From: Candidatus Aenigmatarchaeota archaeon
GTDB taxonomy: Archaea; Aenigmatarchaeota; Aenigmatarchaeia; CG10238-14; SCSR01
Direction of reading: 5' to 3'
DNA: 64,000 nucleotides
Assembly: GCA_039090665.1 (NCBI GenBank)
Contig: JAWCSL010000002.1
Coordinates: 1 to 64,000 of the forward strand
The translations under genes and the position numbers were made by a program. Every line of letters begins with the position of its first letter. Position 1 is the stretch's first letter. Positions 58,224 to 64,000 of this stretch are shown here, in pieces. The notes below the pieces were generated by a model that saw only the letters and a program-made list of their open reading frames with translations, did no database searches and was not told the origin of the DNA.

Positions 58224-59219
58224 CTATAGAGTTGCTGCTGGGACAAGGAAGCCTATGAGGCTTGAGAGAACAAGTCTTGCTATGAAATAGATTGTTAGGT
58301 TGATTGTCAAGAGTAAGGGAATGTATTTCAAACCAGCTTTTTCCTTCCCCTCTTGCAACAAACCTATGAGCAAGCTGCCAAAAATCGATGAAAAAATTAA
58401 AGTTAACAAACAATAAGCTCTGATGAAATCTGAAGAAACTTTAACTACACCAAGCTTCAAGCTTCCTATGGTGGTGTAGCTTGCAGCTTCCTCTATTCTC
58501 AGCTTGCTTCCTATTGTGCTCATGGTCTCAACCAAATAGGAAGAAAATGCAAATAGGACAGGAGAAGCAAAACCCACGGCTATGAAGATGAAAATGGCAT
58601 ACATTCCAACTTGTGCTGCTATCTCTTTTTTCAAGAGCTTAAGCTCTCTTATGTCTTCAGCCGTTTGCTCGAGTAAGCTTGCTATTTCTCCCCCCTTTCT
58701 CATACCTTCAACTATCAAGTTGAAAGTCCTGTTTATTATTTTAGACTTAATTTTCTTTCCCAAAGAAAGCAAAGCATCTTCCAAAGCTTCACCAGCTATT
58801 GCTTTTGTGGCAGCCATCTTAATCTCTTTTTCCAAAACGCCAAACTCTGGTCTGGCAGAATAAAGTAAGGCCTTGTCTGGGGTTAAACCAGAGCGAATGT
58901 TTGCCGCCATTAGTTGCAGAGCATCGGGAAGAACAGATTCTGCAAAGCTTCCCCTCTTATCACCTATCAATATTATAATGAGATCAATTATCAATTGAAT
59001 TCCAATGAAAGTTAAAGGAATCAACAGCAACACAAACCATCCAAAAACAAAGATAAAAGGAAGCAACAAGAATGAAAATGCAAGAGAGTAAAGAAAAGAT
59101 AAGGACAAGAACTTTTCTATTTTCATCTCAATTCCAGCATACTCTAAATTCTGCTCTAACCATTTCACATACTTCTTGGGATAAATCCACCTTATTCTTC
59201 TATAAGCTCTTTCTATCAT
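58224..59219 (-). CDS. Type II secretion F / TadC-like protein
   Basis: LPDALQLMAANIRSG. Confidence 0.85.
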   Translation of the reverse strand: MIERAYRRIRWIYPKKYVKWLEQNLEYAGIEMKIEKFLSLSFLYSLAFSFLLLPFIFVFGWFVLLLIPLTFIGIQLIIDLIIILIGDKRGSFAESVLPDALQLMAANIRSGLTPDKALLYSARPEFGVLEKEIKMAATKAIAGEALEDALLSLGKKIKSKIINRTFNLIVEGMRKGGEIASLLEQTAEDIRELKLLKKEIAAQVGMYAIFIFIAVGFASPVLFAFSSYLVETMSTIGSKLRIEEAASYTTIGSLKLGVVKVSSDFIRAYCLLTLIFSSIFGSLLIGLLQEGKEKAGLKYIPLLLTINLTIYFIARLVLSSLIGFLVPAATL

Positions 59220-60094
59220 ACTTCCACACTTGGTCTTCTACTTTTAACCATTCCTATGAGCATAACTTGAAAAACAGCAACAACAAACAAAATCAAAAAG
59301 AATATCGTCTCTGGAACTTGTATGCCAGCAAAAGTAGAGAAAATTATGAGAAAAGTTATTCCAAGAGTAGGTAAAATTACTGTCAGCATCAAGTACATTA
59401 GAGCTAGTGGGCTGAGTTGAGAGCCATACTTCCTTATCTTCACTTTCTGCTCTTCTGAAAGATTTTGGGCTATGATGTTGAGTGTATTTCCCAAATCACT
59501 TCCTGCTCTTAAGCTGTTGACTATTTGCCAAATAACCCTCTTGAAACCGACATTCGGAACTCTAAAAGCAAGTTCTTCTAAAGCTTGGGTTTCTTCCTTT
59601 CCTGTTGCTATTTCTTTAACACATTTTTCAAATTCTTCCGAAACAGAGCCATAATTTCCTTTCGAAACAGAAACCAAAGAATCAAAAATTGAAACTCCTG
59701 ACTTGATTTGAATGAACAAATGCCTTATAGCAAACAAAAGATTTTTTTCTATGTCTCTGTCTTTTCTTGAAAGCAAGAGGCTTGGATAAAAGCTGATGTA
59801 ATTGAAGACAACCACAGATATCAAAAGAGAGAAGACGAGCGAAAGTAAGAGTAGATTTTTCCCAGCTACCAATCCGAGAATTAGGAAGATTGAAAAAACC
59901 AAGAAAAACCAAAAGACAGAAGAAAAAATGGCTATTGCCAAATACTCTCTGTCTTTCAAGTTTATTTCAGCTTGAATCAACTTCTGGGCAAGGAAAGGAT
60001 TCAGTTTGACAAGTCTGCTCGATAGAAATAAAAACGGTCTTGAAAGTTTCAAAACCTTTTGAACTGGAAACGGAACAAATGGTATTCTTTTCAT
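59216..60094 (-). CDS. Type II secretion F / TadC-like protein
   Basis: QIKSGVS, GNYGSVSEEF. Confidence 0.85.
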   Translation of the reverse strand: MKRIPFVPFPVQKVLKLSRPFLFLSSRLVKLNPFLAQKLIQAEINLKDREYLAIAIFSSVFWFFLVFSIFLILGLVAGKNLLLLSLVFSLLISVVVFNYISFYPSLLLSRKDRDIEKNLLFAIRHLFIQIKSGVSIFDSLVSVSKGNYGSVSEEFEKCVKEIATGKEETQALEELAFRVPNVGFKRVIWQIVNSLRAGSDLGNTLNIIAQNLSEEQKVKIRKYGSQLSPLALMYLMLTVILPTLGITFLIIFSTFAGIQVPETIFFLILFVVAVFQVMLIGMVKSRRPSVEV

Positions 60095-61602
60095 TCAAAC
60101 CAACTTTTTATCACTTTCTCCACACTTTCTTTATTTTCAACAGCTTTAACCAATTTCTCAGGTGAAGAATAATAAATTGCTATGAGCCTTCCAAGCTTGT
60201 TCAAATCTTTAACTTGATTTTCAACAAACCATTTCAATATCCTTACTTTTTCCTCCACATTTTTTTTGATTTCTTGTTCAGTCATACCTGTGTGCATGCC
60301 GATCTCTTCCACAATTCTCAAACTATCATTCTCTCTTTCAATTTCATCTTTCACAGGCTTCCATCTGTAGAGAGTGTTCAATTGCGGGCCCTGTTTTTCG
60401 TTTCCTGGCAAAATTTCACTCAGTTGAAACATCCTTCTTATTCCTAACCTTCTATCCCTGAAAGCAACTGCAATTAAGTGCAAAGCCTCTATCACACTTT
60501 CCGGCACATTTATTGGTGGGTTTATTAATCTTTTCAAGGCTTGCTCTGCTGTATCAGCATGCAAAGTAGCATAAACTGAATGGCCTGTGTGCATGGCTTC
60601 AAAAAGGACTTCTGCTTCTCTAGCTCTTCTTATTTCACCAACTATTATCCTATCAGGCCTCATTCTCAAACTGTTTACAAGCAGGCTGAGCATGCTGACT
60701 TCTCCCAAACCTTCGGGATTTGGTTCTCTTGTTGTCAAAGGTACCCAATGTAAAAAATCAGCCAATTGTAACTCGCGCGTGTCTTCAATAGAAACTACCC
60801 TTTGATTTGGTGGGATAAAACTCATGAAAACATTCAGCAAAGAAGTTTTTCCGCTTGCTGTACCACCAGCTACAATCATATTCATCTCATACTGGATAGC
60901 AAGCCAAATTAAAGCAGCCACTTCATAATTCAAAGTTTTGTTCTCTATGAAATCCACTATTGTCCATGGTGATCTTCTGAATTTTCTTATTGTTATTGTA
61001 TTTCCATGAGTTGAAATAGGGAACAAAGTTGCATTGACTCTATCTCCAGTCGGTAAGTGAGCATCCATGAGCGGGTTGAGAAGCGTGATTTGTCTTCCAA
61101 CTTTTCTCCCTATATTATTAGCATAATTCAATATCTCGCTTTCTTGCTCGATTCTTATATTAGTTTTAAGCCAACCATACTTCTTATGATAAACCCACAC
61201 GGGCTCTTTAGAGCTGTTAATTACAACTTCTTCCAAGTTTGGGTCTGCAAGCAAGAACTCAATCTTTCCCAAACCAAACATTTCTTGTATAAGAGATCCA
61301 ATCAAATACTTTTGAGTGCCCTCATCAACAAAAGGCATCTCTTTCTTGAAAATTTCCATTCCTTTTTCAAAAAATTTTCTCTTCAAGTTTTCTATTGAAG
61401 TTACATCCATGAGTTCAGCTGGCTTGATTGGAATTTCGGTCAAGAGCATTGTCCTGATTTTTTCCAGAAGGACAGAAGTGCCTGCAGCTATTTCTGGAAG
61501 CTTAAGCTCATAGATGAGAACGAAATCAGAAGTTTTTTTTATTGTGACAGAAGCTTCTATTCCTTCCGAGCTAACTTTGTAGCTCTCAAACTTTTCACTC
61601 AT
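60091..61602 (-). CDS. Type IV pilus assembly ATPase (CpaF family)
   Basis: GGTASGKT, SIEDTREL, LRMRPDRIIVGEIR, HTGH...TLHA. Confidence 0.92.
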   Translation of the reverse strand: MSEKFESYKVSSEGIEASVTIKKTSDFVLIYELKLPEIAAGTSVLLEKIRTMLLTEIPIKPAELMDVTSIENLKRKFFEKGMEIFKKEMPFVDEGTQKYLIGSLIQEMFGLGKIEFLLADPNLEEVVINSSKEPVWVYHKKYGWLKTNIRIEQESEILNYANNIGRKVGRQITLLNPLMDAHLPTGDRVNATLFPISTHGNTITIRKFRRSPWTIVDFIENKTLNYEVAALIWLAIQYEMNMIVAGGTASGKTSLLNVFMSFIPPNQRVVSIEDTRELQLADFLHWVPLTTREPNPEGLGEVSMLSLLVNSLRMRPDRIIVGEIRRAREAEVLFEAMHTGHSVYATLHADTAEQALKRLINPPINVPESVIEALHLIAVAFRDRRLGIRRMFQLSEILPGNEKQGPQLNTLYRWKPVKDEIERENDSLRIVEEIGMHTGMTEQEIKKNVEEKVRILKWFVENQVKDLNKLGRLIAIYYSSPEKLVKAVENKESVEKVIKSWFE

Positions 61603-61630
61603 AAAATAAATTTTCTCTTTCGTATAAATA

Positions 61631-62374
61631 TCATTCTTGTTTTTTCATTTTCACAACAGGGCTTCCAATAGCAGGATAGTTTATCTCGACTATATCATGC
61701 TCTTCAAGAATTTTTGCCCAATTTTCAACCAAATTCTCTGGAGTGCTTAGTAGCTTGGAAAGTTTCTGGAGCTCGATTGGTCCTTCTTCCAGGATTTTTA
61801 ACATTTCATCAATTTTTGTTGAGATAGTTTCCTTTATCTCTTGTTTTGGAGCCCATTTCAGCAAATCAGTTCTTGTTATTATTCCAACAAGTCTGCCTTT
61901 TTTATCAAGAACAAGAAGCCTTTTGATGTTGTATTTTTCCATTTTCTTCTTTGCTTCTTCCACGCTTTTATCTTCACGAATGCAAATTGGTTTTTTCATA
62001 ACATCAGCAACTATTATTTTTTTGAGAACTTCTCTATCTTTATCTTCTATCTCTTCCAAGCTTCCTTTATTGATAATTTTCAAAATGTCAGTTTTGCTAA
62101 TCTCACCTATAAAAAACCCTTTATCGAGGACAGGAGCACCTGAAATTTTCTTTTCTTTGAAAATTTCGAGAACTTCACACAAACTCATGTAAGGGCTAAC
62201 AGAAATTATGTTTTTTGTCATGAGTTCTGAGACTATTATTTTTTTCTTCCCGGGTTTTAACTTTCTTTTGATTTTCACAATTCTTCTAATTTTTTTAACT
62301 TTCTTTTTACCTGCTTTTATTTTCTTCTTTTTCATTTTTTTCTTGAAAATTTTTAGGAACAAGTCAAGCACCAT
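61631..62374 (-). CDS. CBS-pair protein with Lys-rich N-terminus and C-terminal wHTH-like domain
   Basis: VSELMTK...ISGAPV, VADVMKK...LVGIITRTDL. Confidence 0.8.
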   Translation of the reverse strand: MVLDLFLKIFKKKMKKKKIKAGKKKVKKIRRIVKIKRKLKPGKKKIIVSELMTKNIISVSPYMSLCEVLEIFKEKKISGAPVLDKGFFIGEISKTDILKIINKGSLEEIEDKDREVLKKIIVADVMKKPICIREDKSVEEAKKKMEKYNIKRLLVLDKKGRLVGIITRTDLLKWAPKQEIKETISTKIDEMLKILEEGPIELQKLSKLLSTPENLVENWAKILEEHDIVEINYPAIGSPVVKMKKQE

Positions 62375-62409
62375 AATTATTATCTAAAAAATCAAACATA
62401 AATTTTCAT

Positions 62410-63915
62410 TTACTTGAAAGTTTCCAGATCTTCAAACTTCCTTTTTTCATTTTCCATAAAACTGACAATTTCTTCTTCCAGTTTTTTACCTTTTTCTGAT
62501 TTTTTGCTTTTTCTTTCCCTAACTTTAACTAGCAGAGGATAGTTTACGGCTTCACCAACAATTAAAGCTTCCCCAACTTTCAATCCTGGTAACATGTCCA
62601 AAACATCTTTTGTCACACCTTCGGAACTTTCTCCTATGTGTTTAATATCGTAAGGGTTGTTTATTCTCATGATTATATGAGTGTTGCATTGACTCAAGGC
62701 TGTAGTAGCAAGTCTTATAGGCCTTTGAGTTATTAAAACTAGACAAGCCCCAAATTTCCTTCCTTCTCTTGCTATTTGTTCTATCACATTTCTTGAAATT
62801 GCAGAAGCAGCTTCCTCTCCTTCCGGGCAGAATTGATGGCTTTCTTCAACAAAAAGAATAAAAGGTGGAATTTTTCTTTGTCTCCTTAAATCAAAAAGCT
62901 TTCTCGCAAAATAGGTTAAGATGATTTGTCTTTCTTTCAGATGAACAAAATCAGAGAGATCAAAAACTGTAAGTTGACCAAGTTTTGCAACTTCTTCCAA
63001 GGAAGGTGAATCTATTTTACTGAACAATCCGGTTGAAGCCAACTCATAAAGCCAAGAGCTCAGAGCAGCTTTTGTTTTCGGGTTTATTTCACTTTTTTCT
63101 ACAGCTTCAATTAGCTCGTCAAGATCATAAACTTTCTTTTCTTCTTGTAATTTTTTGATTATTGGTGAAAGCTCTCTTCTTTGGACCAATGACATTTGTG
63201 GTATGAGCTCATTCATTAAACTTGGTGAAATTTTGTTAGCAGCTATAGAGATTTTATCTTTTCCGTAAACTTTTGTTTTAGTTATATAGTTTTCATCTTC
63301 AGCAAACCCAATGTACTCACCGTGAGGATCGAAAACTATTATTGCAGGTTTTGCCTCATCTTTTCTATCTAGAATTTCTTCTATTAAAACAGAAGCCAAA
63401 TAACTCTTACCAGCACCACTTATGGCCAAGATTGCTAAATGTTTTTGAAAAACTCTTGTTAAATTCAATTTTACTTCAATTTCGTGTGCTTCCATTTTTC
63501 CAATATACAAGCCATTTTCATCTAATCCCAAAAATTCGGAAAGCAGTTTTTCATCAGCTTTGTAAACTTTTTCTCCAGGTGAAGGAGGAAAAGAAACTCT
63601 AAGTTGTTTACCATTTTCAAAAACCCCCAAAGGTATGGCTGAAGCTACAAGAAATTCCCATCTATCAGCTGGAAAAATTTCTTTGAGTCCTTTTCCACTT
63701 CTTTCATATTCTTTTACAGATTCTGCTCTCATGAAGTATCTGTTCATCCTGAAAATTTCAGCAACTCTTGCTATCAGTAAACCTTGTTCTGTTTTTAGCT
63801 GGACATACTCATTCTTCTTCACAGGAATTTTTTCTTCACTTTCATTTATTACAAAAGAAAATTCACTGCTGTTCGGATCTTGCATGGTTGAGATTACAGT
63901 TCCAATTTCTTTCAT
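62410..63915 (-). CDS. herA: HerA-like ATPase (HAS barrel + DUF87)
   Basis: HLAILAISGAGKS, FDPHGEY, VEESH, AREGRKFG, TQRP. Confidence 0.85.
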   Translation of the reverse strand: MKEIGTVISTMQDPNSSEFSFVINESEEKIPVKKNEYVQLKTEQGLLIARVAEIFRMNRYFMRAESVKEYERSGKGLKEIFPADRWEFLVASAIPLGVFENGKQLRVSFPPSPGEKVYKADEKLLSEFLGLDENGLYIGKMEAHEIEVKLNLTRVFQKHLAILAISGAGKSYLASVLIEEILDRKDEAKPAIIVFDPHGEYIGFAEDENYITKTKVYGKDKISIAANKISPSLMNELIPQMSLVQRRELSPIIKKLQEEKKVYDLDELIEAVEKSEINPKTKAALSSWLYELASTGLFSKIDSPSLEEVAKLGQLTVFDLSDFVHLKERQIILTYFARKLFDLRRQRKIPPFILFVEESHQFCPEGEEAASAISRNVIEQIAREGRKFGACLVLITQRPIRLATTALSQCNTHIIMRINNPYDIKHIGESSEGVTKDVLDMLPGLKVGEALIVGEAVNYPLLVKVRERKSKKSEKGKKLEEEIVSFMENEKRKFEDLETFK

Positions 63916-64000
63916 AGATTTTAAATTGATTGCTTAGAATATAAAAACTTAGAACTCAACAAGTGAATAAATCATTTTTATTCAATGATGGCAATTTTTC

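Noticed and set aside
62290..62345. T-rich low-complexity tract as terminator or repeat
   Set aside because: It is the poly-Lys coding segment of the CBS protein on the minus strand
1..64000. rRNA, SRP RNA, RNase P RNA, integrase or transposase
   Set aside because: No GC-rich non-coding stretch other than the two tRNAs and no recognisable recombinase motifs

Overview
A 64 kb, AT-rich, densely coding window from an archaeal chromosome. It is most likely a DPANN (Aenigmarchaeota-like) lineage; this is inferred from gene content, not from phylogeny. The supporting content is class I LysRS, archaeal Rpo4/eL21/Pus10/TrmY/SRP54/FtsY/prefoldin, thermosome, aCPSF1-PsmB, tRNA-Ile(UAU), many KAQ-type class III signal peptide proteins and almost no biosynthetic genes. 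Layout: (1) 1-8.6 kb accessory/defence island with an AbiE-type pair, two AAA+/DUF4143 ATPases (one frameshifted), two TrmB regulators, VapBC and a UDG pseudogene, ending at an intron-containing tRNA-Arg(GCG); (2) translation and secretion housekeeping block interrupted by a thiol-redox-like trio; (3) AT-rich surface glycosylation island; (4) cdc6-alaX-lysS, tRNA-Ile(UAU), thermosome; (5) type IV pilus locus 1; (6) aCPSF1/psmB and two Cys-rich surface proteins; (7) proS, radical SAM-mre11-rad50, KaiC module; (8) pilin cluster, type IV pilus locus 2, CBS protein, HerA-like ATPase. The most notable observations are: a two-intron tRNA-Ile(UAU) whose first intron lies at 9/10 and whose BHB motif uses the 5' acceptor strand, with an upstream 12-nt complement of the 3' acceptor strand that could act as a placeholder; three identical 16-bp repeats encoding the ATPase C-terminal PLWKW that bracket gene-sized units; a candidate disulfide-relay operon; a Cys-rich gene split at a CTT-TAA +1 shift; and strong AAGCTT enrichment. 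No CRISPR array, rRNA, integrase or transposase was seen.
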